A DNA stretch of 64,000 nucleotides from Eledone cirrhosa (lineage: Eukaryota). The position numbers and the translations under genes were made by a program. The stretch spans positions 37,634,001-37,698,000 of the forward strand of contig OZ024744.1 in NCBI GenBank assembly GCA_964016885.1, written 5' to 3'. Under the pieces are notes generated by a model. The model did not search any database. It saw only the letters and a list, made by a program, of their open reading frames with translations, and was not told the DNA's origin. Of this stretch, positions 39,629 through 53,000 are shown in pieces (the first letter of the stretch is position 1; each line of letters starts with the position of its first letter).

Positions 39629-39747
39629 TGGAGGAAGTTATAGTTCACTTGAAGCATTGTGTAATGAGGTATAAACGTTTGTATATGTATAATAAAGCCA
39701 AAACAATGCATTGATTTGGCTTTATTATACATATACAAACGTTTATA
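39629..39747 (-). mobile_element. Extreme 3' end of the Penelope family with a fold-back
   Basis: 39629-39710 matches 6551-6632 and then folds back on itself. Confidence 0.75.
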
Positions 39748-40365
39748 TATATATATGCAAACACATACATATGTGTCTGTATGTATATGCATATGCATGT
39801 ATATATGTCTGGATATATACATAGGCATATATCTCTATGTAGGTAGGTGTGCATTAGTGGACGAGCGTCATAGAGTTTTAGTGGTATGTTCCCGGTGCAG
39901 TTGGAATTACCAGCTGTGATCGATTTTGCTGTGATAGTATTTATTCCGCGAGTAAACGTCAGACTCACACATCTAGAAATCGATAATATTGATCAGAGAA
40001 TGAAAGATACCACAGATCCCACATCAGATTAATAAATTGACGCTATAGAGCTAGTATGTGGGCTAAACAAATATATGTGCTTAAATATATGTAGATAAGT
40101 ATTGAGCAAAAATAAACAGAAAACGTACATACACGTGGGCATAAAGAGATAAACGACACTCACTCAAGGGGTTCACTATACACATCTTTCATCCCCTGGA
40201 TATGAAGTATATATATATATAAATATATATATATATATGTGTGTGTGTGTGCGTGTGCGTGTGTGTGTGACTGTGTGTGTGTATGTGTATGTATGTATGT
40301 ATGTTTGTATGTATGTACGTATGTATGTCTGTATGTATGAATGTAGGTGTGTATGTATGTATAAA

Positions 40366-40659
40366 TATCATCTTGGTTAAGAGAGTGGGACTGGCTTTGT
40401 GCAGTGCCTTAACTCACTATAAAAGCTTCACAGCACAGGCATTGCTTTATATCTGGAGATCTCTCTGCACTTGTCGTCACATGGTACCAAAGGTAAAGCA
40501 CTATGTGTCAATAATTGTCACAGGTGTAGTGTTTGTACCAGAGTTTTCAAGTCGCTGGCTGGACTAAAAAGTCACACTCGTTCAGCGCATCGGTAGGGGT
40601 TCTCCTACATGGATATAAAGTAGTGGCCGTACTCGAAAACGAGTTGGCAGCCACCATGT
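40366..40659 (+). mobile_element. RTE-derived non-autonomous element with a (TATG)n tail
   Basis: Matches the reverse complement of 38535-38830. Confidence 0.78.
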
Positions 40660-40789
40660 ATGTATGTATGTATGTATGTATGTATGTATGTATGTATGTA
40701 TGTATGTATGTATGGATGGCTGGCTGTATGAATGTATGTATGTGTGTGTGTGTGCATGTGTGTGTGTCTCTCTGTGTGTATGTGTATAT

Positions 40790-42260
40790 ATGTCTCTTTC
40801 TGTTAATTTCGTGTATATTTTTTGACCGGCCACCTTCCTGGTGGCAAGGTTGTAAAAGAAAAGAAATTGTCATCCCTTGAATAGCAAGAATGTTTTGCAA
40901 ATTTTGAAGGTGCCAGCTATCGCAGCAATTTGTGGACTATGAATTAGGGAGCTGCGCTTTTTGTCCGCAAATCAAAGTTCAGTCATACTTTGGTCCAAGC
41001 CGGTTGGTATATAACCCGTAGCTCCAATAATGATGGGTATGAAGCTAAAGGTGTATCTTGGATACTGGATTTGTAAACTCCTCATCAATGGTCCGTAAAT
41101 GTCTTCCTTCTCCTGTATTTTCTGACAACGTTTACATCAAGTGGGCAGCTGATCTCCACAACAGAGCACGTTTTCAATGTGTGGTCCCAAACAACAATAT
41201 CAGGCCGGTTGTGCTTTAATTTGGTGGCAGTTTTTATTTTCAGGTTCCACCAGTATTCCTTAGTGCCATCTGTCTCAATATATTCTTCCTCGTTTGTTGT
41301 TAATTTTATTTTCCGAAGTGTATTCCAGATTGTTCTAGCTATCCCATCGTGTCTCATGGGGAGGTAGTAGCGAGATGACATTCTTTCTCAGCTGGCAACA
41401 ATGTGGCTTACATCCTCGATCTTTGTTTTACATAGCCTATATTTATTGTCAGCTGCTGGCCCTTCCCTTTTGTGCAGCAGATATTTGGTAGGGAGTTCTT
41501 GTTCCTGTATTCCATAGAGATATCCCTCAAGGTGTGATGTCATAAACTTGTCGGAACTCCATGCCAGGCTTTTTGAGTGGTTTATCCCCTCTATGATCTG
41601 TGTTTTACGTCTCAAGTATCCATGCACAACTTTTTCTGTAAATTGGTCAATGTTTTCATCTTGTTTGAACATTGAATAGGATCTTCCGATTTCTCTGGGT
41701 GAGAGATTTATATCAGGCTTTATTCCATATCTCTCCTCCAGATCAGTGGCTATCCTAATGATATTTCTTTTTTCATGCTCATAAACCTGGGCAAGATGGT
41801 TGCCAACCTTTTTCCTCTGTTGAAGGTGTTGCTTCAGTGTTACTATCCGGGTCTCATATGTTGTTAATATGGATTTTAGACCCCAGCCACCGTCCTTGCG
41901 TGAGAAGTATAGCCTATCCACATCACCATTGATGTTAAAGTTCCCAGTAACACTTAGTTCTTGCAATGACCAGTTCAGCAGGCCAAATGTTGGCGTTAGA
42001 ATTGGCACAGCATAAGTATGATGACCATATTTTCTTTACTCTTCTGAGGTATTCAGTTCTGGTTCTCTCCTTATTTATGGGTCCATCATATCTGACATTC
42101 TCATCCTGTACAAGATATCTGTAGTTGTCACCTGACTGTAGAGGTTGTATTGTCAGGCCGTTCATCTCTAGATTTCTAGAGGAGGGCACAGCTCTTCCAC
42201 GTTTTACTGCCAAATATGCACACTTGGACTCACCAAATTTCATTTTGATGTCTGTTGAAA
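40790..42260 (-). mobile_element. 5'-truncated (CATA)n R4-like RLE retrotransposon
   Basis: DIKMKFGESKC, DVDRLYFSRKDGGWGL, GIQEQELPT, RHDGIAR and NRPDIVVWD motifs. (TATG)n on both sides. Confidence 0.88.
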
Positions 42261-42424
42261 TGTATGTATGTATGTGTGTACGTATGTACGTACGTATGTA
42301 TGTATTTATGTATGTATACATGTATGTATGAACGTGTGTAAGTATGTAGGTTTCCATGTATGTATGCATGTATGTTTGTATCTATGTATGTAAATATGCA
42401 TGTATAATTATATGTGTATGTATA

Positions 42425-42773
42425 TGCGCGGGGACATAGAAATAGTCGGGCAGGACACCCGATCCCGGTTAAACCACTGGAAGTGAAGGACCCCTAGCCA
42501 TTGTGAGGGCATTCTTCTAGGAGAAGGCAACTCAGGAAACTGGGATAACTCCGATATAAAACCTGCGGCTCAGTAGTTACCGATGAGGTTGATCTCTTTT
42601 TTTCGGGTTATAGCTTCTGTCGCTCAGAGAGTGGGATTGGCTCAGTGCACAGTCATTCTTCACTTTAAAAAATATCTTCTAACACAGGCATTGCACAATA
42701 GAATTAATTAATAATTATTAATAATGGTATATCGTGCAATGGCCATACTCGATAACGAGGGCGCAGCCATCAT
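42425..42773 (+). mobile_element. Second bipartite RTE-derived short element
   Basis: RTE-like leader ggagaaggcaactc..aaacctgc plus a 3' end nearly identical to the RTE end at 14524-14564. Confidence 0.7.
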
Positions 42774-42775
42774 AT

Positions 42776-42827
<52 letters not shown>

Positions 42828-42910
42828 TTGTTTTCTTTACTCGCCTTTTTGTGTAAACTCCCCCCTTGTATTTGTCTCCTTCTTTTGCGCCCTAGTGGCA
42901 ATAAATAGAA

Positions 42911-42991
<81 letters not shown>

Positions 42992-43031
42992 GCTTTCTCT
43001 CTCTCTCTCAAAAAAAAGAAATATATATATA

Positions 43032-43321
<290 letters not shown>

Positions 43322-43448
43322 GAGTATATGTTGGTTGATTCCAGTTCCTCAGCGAAATAACAACCCAACCAGGAACTGGGCATATCAGAGTATTGACAAA
43401 ATGATACACCTCAACAACATATGTACTTGTCTATACCACACTACTTGG

Positions 43449-43505
43449 GACTCCCTGATGAGGTCACAGCCAAAGATGGCTGTCACCGAAATATATATAG
43501 CAGTC
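43449..43505 (+). ncRNA. Type I hammerhead ribozyme motif with an intact core
   Basis: gactcc-CTGATGA-GGTCACAGCCA-aaga-TGGCTGTCACC-GAAA-TATATATA-gcagtc. Confidence 0.7.
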
Positions 43506-43542
43506 AAATTTTAAACATTTGACTTTTTATTTGACTTTATTT

Positions 43543-43650
<108 letters not shown>

Positions 43651-44050
43651 GTATTTATTGTAACACACACACACACACACACATACTTATATATATATAT
43701 ATATAAGTATGTGTGTGTGGGTGTGGGTGTTTCCCTACTGCAATAGAATAAAAAATAGGAACAATTGGAATACATTGACACAGATGGAATCGGTTATACT
43801 CCATCCGTTTACCAATGCTGCTCAAATTTCATTCAGTGTGTAACCAAGGTAAAAATAAATAAATATATCGGTAATCAATTGTTTGATTAGATATATGATA
43901 CAATAAAATCGATTTCGAATTCAACCGAGAAATTAAAAAAAAACTAACATGGCTTACTTTTACAGGTGCTCCGATCTACGTCATATATTATATTTTTCAT
44001 TTGTTTATTGACTGATTTCATATATAAATACATACATACATATATATATG

Positions 44051-44119
<69 letters not shown>

Positions 44120-44133
44120 TTATATATAATATT

Positions 44134-44330
44134 AATAATAATAATAATTGTTTCTACTTTAGGCACAAGGCCAGCAATTATCCAGTGCATTACTGGTACT
44201 TTATTTTATCGACCCCGTAAGGATGAAAGGCAAAGTCAACCTCGGCGGGATGTGAACTCAGATCGTAAAGGGACGTAACTATGCTGGAAAGCATGTCGTC
44301 CGAACCTCTACCGATACTGCCAATCCACCA
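44134..44330 (-). mobile_element. tRNA-derived SINE (Meta-like family) with an (ATT)n tail
   Basis: Matches the family consensus. Confidence 0.85.
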
Positions 44331-47300
44331 CTACAAGGGCCAACATATAGGGGACAATACAAAAGACTGGGACAGTGGGGTTTTAAAAAAAAATCGAGTA
44401 AAAAATATGAATAACAATAACAAAGTAACAATAAAAATACAACAAAAAAAATTCCCCAATAGGGAGATGACCACCCAGGGTTCGCTCAGGTACCCCACCA
44501 ATCCTGAACGACCCGACGCTTCGAGTGCACCTTGGAAGGGCACCCTTCTCCTCCTCAAATTTACCCACCTACAGCAGCATGACCAGAGTAGGCCCACTCC
44601 CACGGGCGATTCTCGCCACATTCACCCACATTTCAGCAAATGTACTGGGGGGACAGCTCTCCGCTCTCCACCCTCACCTTCCTTTCCAAGTGAAACTTGA
44701 AAAAGTTGATGAGGGATTGGCCGAAGAGAAAAGTGTCTGTCTTCAGTCCTTTCAACCTGGTCCACCATACAACCTCTTTCGCTACTGCCACCAGACAGAG
44801 AAAAATTGTCTACCCTTCCTGACCAAAAGAAGGCGGCGGCTCGACCTTCTCTATGGACTCGGCCGATAGCTGGATCCGTTCTACACGCGACAACAGCTGT
44901 TCAACATAACTCCACAAGTCAGTAATGCACGGACACTGGACGAGTGCGTGCAAAACTATTTCGTCGCTCTGCGCGCATCTCGGGCAGGTCCGTCTGACAG
45001 CACTTCCGTGCCTGTAGAGTTTATCTCGAACCGGCAGTGCCCCCGGGTAGCACTGCCAAGCGAAGGAGTTTTGGAAATTATCCATCGTCCCCGGCTCGAA
45101 AGTCCTCCGGTACAGACTGGTTAGTTCGACTTCGTCGACTCCCAGAGGCTCTCCGAGTGCGTCGTCGCACTTGCCCACCACTAATCCTCTACAGGACTCG
45201 ACAGTGAAAGCTCCACTGATGCCATTTCCCGCTTGGTAGAGGGCAGTGAGTGCCTGGCAACATTTCAGGTGCCAGTCACCTAGACTCGGTCTCTTTTTGA
45301 CCCAGGACTGCAGCTCAGTCAAAGAAACGAGCTGCGGAAAGGACCGTCTGACAAACGGCGACCACACCTGTTCGCCGTTTAGGGAGAATATATGGGGATG
45401 TCGCAGCATCAACGCATGTCTGCGCATTATTAGCCACGGCATACCCAGCCCTCGCATAGAGCGCGCTGGCAGCAGATGGGCCGCCTAACCAATGGAACTT
45501 GTCCTCACCAACGGAATTTAAAGAGGAGCCGTGCCAACTGCACGAGGCGCGGACGGAGGCAAGGCACGACGGTTAGGCGGTTGTACATTGCGGACGCGAT
45601 GTACGCATTCGCCACCTCCGCGCGACCTTTCAATGATAGCTTCCTCGTCCCAATTATTTTCCACCTGGAGGTCTGGTCCGAACCCAACCCCGATCAACTT
45701 TATCGGTCCGTCCATCCAGCACCCCACGACGCTGTTGGACAGCATAGGCTTGGCTCTCCAGGTTCTGTGCTGCAAGCCCACCGACTTTTCCTGGTTATGT
45801 TTGGCTCCTGTCAACATTTCATATTCCTTCAATAAGGTGCCGACCACCTCGATTTCTGAGGTGTCCGACACCATGAAGGTGATGTCGTCCGCATCAGCCG
45901 ACATCGCTTTTCCACGTCCCGGTTCAAGCGCTACAACAGCACCAGCTTCCGCAGTAAAGGCTCGAGAGTCAATACGTACAGAAGGGAAGAGAGAGAGCAC
46001 TCTTGACGGACCTATGGGGAAAGCCGAAATGGTTCCGAGAGGTGGCCATTAACATTGACCACCGAGCGTGTGCCGCTGTGCATCGCAGAGATTCACCTTC
46101 TGAAGACAGGGCCGAAGCCAGCCGCTTTGAGGATAAACTCCAGATACCGATGGTCGGCCCTATCAAATGCTTTCGATTGATCTAAATTGATCATTGCCCC
46201 ACCGAAGCCAGGTTTACACCCCACCCTCTCTATGATGTATCGCATGAGGTGGAGATGGTCGTGTATGGACCTGGCTGGGATTGTGCAAGTTTGCGCCTCC
46301 CCAACCAAAGCCTCGACGACAAGCACCAATCTCTTTGCTAACACCTTGGCCAAAATCTTAAACTCTGTGTTGAGCAGAGTTATGGGCCTGAAGTTGTCTA
46401 ATGTATACCTCTTGTTCTCGTCTTTCCTTATCAGCGTCACAACTGCCCTACTCACAGAACTGGGAATACTCCCATTCTGCTGCCAGTTACAGTAGAGTGA
46501 TTTGAGGAGATTGGAGAACAAGTCTGGCATATTTACGTATAGCTCGTAGCACAGGCCTTCCAAACCGGGTGTATTGCGCCTCGTGCAGCCGACAAGGGCG
46601 TCCTGAATTTCGGCTGAAGTAATCGGCCTTTCGCAGCGCTCAGCGTCGACCTTCGAGATGCCCGTCAAGCCATCAAGGTAGGGACTGAAATCCGCTACTC
46701 TCTCTGGCTCGCTACTCTCCCCGAACAACCGAGCAAAGTGCTGACAAAAGGCCTCAAATATCCGCTTGGAATCCCTTATCTCGTGTCCGTCTCGGTCCGC
46801 CAAAGACCGAATTGTGGTTTTATTACCACGCTGCGCTTTATATAGTCGATATCTGTCAGACAGTTGTAACTGGCTGAGTAGGTGCTTGAGGCTTTTGCAC
46901 CCCCCCCCCCCCCCCCGCTCCTATCGGCTACTCCCACACAATCCCAGCGTGCGTCTAAGATGCCGTTCCAGTTCCCCGCTAACAGTAAAGAGCGAGACGT
47001 ACCCAGAAAGGTCTCCAGGCGCCTTACGATGTCCATTCGTCTGGCCCCTGTAGGCGCGTAGACGGCCAGCAGTCTAAAGGCACCACCTTCGCTTCTGCTC
47101 ACATCCAAGACCACCAACTTACCGTCCGGGTCCCGGAAGATCGACCTTACCTCGAGATTCAGTCCTTTCCTAAACAGTACTGCCACCCCACCTCCCATTG
47201 CCAGCCTGCTAACAGATGCGAAGATCTGATAGTCATCGAAAATGGGGGCTAGTGCGCGCGTGTCGGAAATTCTGGTCTCGCTGACGGCAATCACATTCAT

Positions 47301-49633
47301 TTCCAGCGACCAGAGGTCGTTGAGCAGGCAACCCTGCTTCCAGGGTGACCCCAGGCCGCGAACATTTAAACTTCCTACTCTTAGTATGGCCATGTTGGCA
47401 AGCTAAATGAGATAGGGAAGGTTTACTTACCTCTTGTGAAGGTCGGGTGGTTCGACCTCCATGGTTGGAGGGTTTTTTTGGGGAACCCCTTTAGAAGTCT
47501 CGATGTGGGTTTCACATTCGTGGTTCCCACGTTTTCAGGAGAGCTCTCCCGAATTTCTTTGAAGGAATCGAGTGACATTCGGGCCAGAAGCAAATCTTCT
47601 GGCACGCAAAATGTGCTCATTTTAAAGATCTCCCCTCTGTTTGAATGTCCTCGCTTTGTGCTAAGAGCGCCATCTGTTTATCGTTGGCCTTCTGACAAGC
47701 ACGAAGTTTTTAACATTTTGTTGGTGTGGTTTTATTTGTTTTTGTTTTGGTGACTGTGGTGGTGATGGTTTTGGTGGTGTTGTTTCGGGTATGTCTGTGT
47801 TTGTTGTAGGTGTGGTGTCTGCAATTTCAGGTATTTGTGTGTTTATTTGTACTTGTGTTTGTTTAGGTTGTTTGCGTTTCGGGGATTGTGGAGGTTGTGT
47901 CTATGTTGCTGTTGGTGCTGATGTTATTGGGGAAGTGTTTGCGTTAGTGGTGTCTGTATTTCTTGTTGTGTATGTTTTTGTGTTTTGTTGGGGCGTTTTT
48001 GTGTTTTCTCTGTCTTTTTGCACTTTTGGGTTTTCCTTCATCTTCGCTGCTGGAAAACAAAGGGTCTGTGGCTGTGAGTGTCTCTGTGTCTGTGTCTGTG
48101 TGTGCATTTATTGTTTTGTCTATGTGTATAATTGTAGGGGTAGCGGGGTGGGTGAGCTTTCCTCGTTTTCCCCTTTGATTGGTTTTGTGTTGGTGGGGTC
48201 CGGCTGTTTCTGATGTTGGTGTCCGTGTCTTTGTTGGTGTTGTTTTTGGTGGTGGTGGTGGTGCAGCTTTCCGTGCTGACACTGGCGTTGGCAACAAAGG
48301 AGGTTTGCGACCCCCTTCATTTTTGCGCTGTGGGCAGAAGGCTTACAGATGCGTTGCTTCCCCGCAGACGAAGCTGTCTGGCTTTCTACCCTCAGTGACC
48401 AGTTGGATTGTTGTCCCATCCTCTAGGTGGGCAAAATCCGGGATGTTGTTCAGGTCCTCTGGTTTCATTTGGAGAAGAATCTCCAAATCCATTCCGGACC
48501 AGTCCTCTCTCTCTGTCCTCTTGATCTCCAGGAGGGTAGTGTCTGTCCCCTCCTCAATTACGCATCCCAGGAGCCACCATATGTTCGTTCCTGATGGGAT
48601 CCTGGGAATGCGGACCTTTATTGCCCTTTTGCCATGTAGGACAGGTGCATGATAATGCGTTCCGTTCTGTAGGGGGGTCACCGAGTGCTTAATAGCAAGA
48701 GCCTCGGTTTTGAACAGTACCGAGATGGTACCGAACTGTTTGGCTCTTGTTTTATACTCTATGTCACTTCCGATGCACTCCAAAGCAGCCTCGACCTCTG
48801 CTTGTCTGGCAAGTTCCACTTTGCGTTTCTGCACCGAAATGCATTGAAATTACACCGTCCTCCTTTGCATGGGCGCTATTGCCCCGCCCGGGATGATCAG
48901 GTTTGCCCAGGACTAATCCCGTTTAATTAACCTCCACACCTGGGCTAACTGTTCGTCTTTAACTCTAATATCAATAGTCAATAAGCGCTTTGTTTTTGCT
49001 GCTGCAGCAGCAAAAGTGGTGCCTCTGTTGCTCTTGTTGTTGGTGTTGTCATTCTTGCTCTTGTTGTTGCTGTTGTTGTTGTTGTTGTTGTTTTGTTTGT
49101 TGTTGCTGTTGCCACCACCATTCGTGTTTACATTGAATCTGTCGGTGTTATTGTCGTTGTTGTTCTGAGTTGTTGTTGTGGTGGTGGTGGGGGGTGATGG
49201 CGGTGGTGATGTTGTTTTGAGATGGTATTACTACTATCACAGAAGGGAGCGGTTGTGGTGGTACCTTTTGTGTTTTGCCTTCACGTTCAGTGGAATGGTC
49301 GACAGACATGTCTGTAGCAGTAGTAGCTGTGGTGAGATCTACAGCGGCTGCTTTTGAACTTTTGACCTGAACGTTGTTTACCGTTTCAAGGTCGACAATT
49401 TCCATTTTTTTGGGGGGGGGGGGGGGGGAGCGATTTTTTCGAAGATTTAAAAAATAAATCTGAATATTCGGGCTTAAAGATCGAATATTGAGAGATCTCC
49501 CTCCCTTGGAACCAAGGTGTGTACCTTATGCTTCATTAACGACAAGAAAATACAAAAAATGATACTTTAAAAAAGCTTAAAGTTACGAACCTTTTCCCCC
49601 AGACTTGTGCGTCGCCATACACGTGCGTCCAAA
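44331..49633 (-). mobile_element. Near-full-length decayed Tx1/L1-clade LINE
   Basis: ORF1 starts at 49405 with a knuckle-like FVCGEATHL. ORF2 starts at 47393 with APE motifs (SLNVRGL, SET, AVYAP), RT motifs (FRPITLLNTEFKILAK, LDQSKAFDR, ADDIT) and a C-terminal CPRC..H....C. The 5' limit is inferred from the (TAA)n tract. Confidence 0.9.
46776..47393 (-). pseudogene. Tx1 ORF2 AP-endonuclease domain (truncated)
   Basis: MAILRVGSLNVRGL...VSET...LAVYAP...AGNWN. Confidence 0.85.
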
Positions 49634-49665
49634 ATAATAATAATAATATTAATAATAATAATAAT

Positions 49666-50033
49666 ATTGTGGATGTGGCCTGCCCATTCGACACGAGAGT
49701 GCAAGAGAAGGAGAGGGAGAAAATTAACCGATACCAGGATTTAAAGTGGGAGGTAAAAAGGATTTGGAACTCCCATGAAGTCAAAGTGGTCCCGATTGTC
49801 ATAGGCGCACTAGGTACTATCTCAAAAAGTTTCCAGGGATGGTTAAAGAAAATTGGCCCCGTCACGCTTTTTGGAACGCTTCAAAAGCCATGCTTGCTGG
49901 GAACAGCAAGAACCCTCCAATACGTCCTGAATATCTGAGGCTGCAAGTAGTGGCTTGATATTTATTTCAACAAACTTTCCAGTTAACTAACATCAATGAC
50001 TGAGACTCAAAGAATAATAATAATAATAATAAT
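49666..50033 (+). mobile_element. 5'-truncated R4/Dong family-A copy between (TAA)n tracts
   Basis: Matches 53749-54095. Confidence 0.92.
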
Positions 50034-53000
50034 ACAGCACCATCACTACAGTAATACGGTCGCATCACCGCCACCGCTGCCTCGGTATCGACATCACCGC
50101 CACCACTGTCTCAGTATCGCCAACGCCGCTAGTCTCTGCTGGCTACCACTTCCACATTATAGAATTCCTACTACTAACAAAGAGGAAGGCATCAAAATAT
50201 ATAGATAGACTCAAAAGAAAAAAGAAAAAACAAACAACAAAAGCAGCACAGCAACAACAGTAAAAAACGAGAAAAACAGAGAAAAACAAAAACAAAAAAA
50301 GAAACCCCAAAAACGTAAAGAAAATAAGAATGAAGAGAGAAGCAGGCGGACGGACAGAGAAGAGGGGGGGAAAAGTAAAACTTAAAAAACAAAAACTAAG
50401 TCGGACATTCGAATACTACATTACAATGAAACTTATGCTTATTCATTTTTGGGGCCCTTTCTGCCCGTGTGTTTGTTTGTTTATGTGTGTCCGTATACAG
50501 CGTGGTGATAATGCCACACAAGGGCCAAGTGGGATGGCGGATCCACAGATGGCTATGTAAACATACATTCGCCAATCCTCGATAAGAGTGTTTAAATATC
50601 GAACATAAACAGTTCGAATAACGGTGAAATGGAGACTAGAACGTCATGTGACAGACTCTCACCCAACAGGTGCCCCCTGGCTCAGCAGCAGGAACCTGAC
50701 TGTCAACGAAATACTGCTGATGTTGGAGGAAGAAGAAGAAGGAAAGGGGCCAGAACCAACTGGACGAAAGAATTGAATAGAACTGTTATGCAATGCTACC
50801 TGAAAAGTAACCCCAAGGAGAGGGGCTACAGGAGACGGATGCATAACATCTGGAACGAGATTGGTTTATTTAAATTAGATGAACAAAAATTGGCCGGGCA
50901 GGCTCGGGTAATAAGAACTAATGGGTGGATAAGCGAGCTGGAACTGGAGGAACTGAGCAGAGAGAATGGCTTGGAGATGGCGGGTGTAGTATGCCAGACA
51001 AGCGAGCCGGCGGGAAATGAAGGTGAGGAGGTCCTGAGAGCGGAGGAACCACCCGAAGCAGACAATGATCTGAATACTGAGATAAATAATACCTGGAACA
51101 GAGATACGGCCACTGAGGAGATGAATGCTGACGGGCTAGGACAAGATTCGGTTGACATCCTAAATTTAGTGGTAGATGAGTTGAACAATGATAGTGGGAG
51201 ACCTATGAACCTAAGATTTGTAGACAGGAAAAAGTTAAAAGAAACAACAGCTAAGGTAAACAAAGTCATCCCATACCTTGAGGCGAGGAGTCTTCACCAG
51301 TGCAACAATATCCTCAAAGCAACAGCAAATACGGTGAGGAAACTACTTGGTATAAAAGCGAGAGGAAACAACAGACAAGAAAGAGCAGAGCCGTGGTGGA
51401 AGAAGCGACTGAGTGGGCAAATCGGGGAAATGAGAAATGACATAGGAAAGCTTGAGTCACTACTGAATGGGACACTAAAAAACATAGGCACTAAAAATAG
51501 ACTGGAAATAAAATACAAAACTAGGAGTAAAAAGCTAAATATTATCATAGAGGAATTGAAGCAACGCATTGTAGCAAAGAGTGCCAAAATCAGGCGATAC
51601 GAGAACAGAGTCAGTCAGTATAAACAGAACCGCATGTTCGACAACAACCAGAAGATGCTGTTTGGACAGCTTGAGGGGAAAGAAAGAGGCACCGACTTGA
51701 TCCCTGGGGCGGAACAAGCTAAAACATTCTGGAGAGGAATATGGGAGCAGGATGTTAGACACAATGCCCAGGCAGGGTGGATTGAGACAGTACAGAGGGA
51801 GATCGGTGAGCAGGCACAGCAACAGACTGATTTGAGTATCACAGTTGAAACTCTTAAGGGGCAAGCCAAAAAACTAACCAACTGGAAATCACCAGGCCCA
51901 GATGGTGTGCAGGGGTATTGGATTAAACATTTAACATCCCTCCACCCGAGGCTGACGGCCATGTTCAATGACTGCTTGGTGTCGGGTGAGGTGCCAGAGT
52001 GGTTGACAAAAGGTACCACAGTTCTGATAATGAAAGACCAAATCAAGGGTAATGATGTTACCAACTATAGACCTATCACATGTCTGCCCGTAATGTGGAA
52101 ACTGTTGACGAGCATTGTGTCTGAGGAAATCTACCATCACCTCCACACAAACAACTTGTTGCCGGACGAACAGAAAGGATGCCGAAAGAAGTCACGTGGT
52201 ACAAAGGACCAGTTGCTTATTGATAAGATGGTAATGGGGAATTGCAGGAGGAGACACACTGATCTTGCCATGGGATGGATAGACTACAGAAAGGCATTTG
52301 ACATGGTGCCTCATTCCTGGATCACCAAAAGCCTGGAGATCTTCAGGGTGGCAGATAACATCAGACAGTTGCTGGGCAGGAGTATGGGGTCCTGGGAGAC
52401 AGAGTTGACATCAACTGGAGTATCCTTGGGAAGCGTGAAGATCAAGAGAGGTATCTTCCAGGGAGATAGCCTGTCCCCTCTGTTGTTTGTCCTTGCCCTG
52501 ATGCCCTTGACCATTATGCTGCGAAAAGTGAGAGCAGGATACAAGTTGGGAAGGGGAGAGCTTACCATCAATCACCTCCTCTTCATGGACGATCTTAAGC
52601 TCTTCGGGAAAAGTGAGAAGGAGTTGGATGTGCTTGTTGACACTGTCCGTATTTTCAGCAGTGATATATGTATGCAGTTTGGTATTGGTAAATGTGGAGT
52701 CATTGTGATGAGGAGGGGTAGGTTGAGCAGAAGTAACGGGATCCAGATACCAACAGGTGAGATGATAAAGGAAATTGACTCTGAGGAAGGATACAAGTAT
52801 TTGGGCGTTCTGGAGGCTGATGGCATAAAGAACAAAAAAATGAAGGAATTGTTAAGAACTGAATACATTCGGAGAGTAAGGAGCGTATTGAAGTCACATC
52901 TGAACAGCAGAAATGCCATAAGCGCAGTAAATTCCCGAGCTGTGTCTATTATTAGGTACAGTGCGGGAATTCTGAGATGGAATGTTGCTGAACAAAAAGA

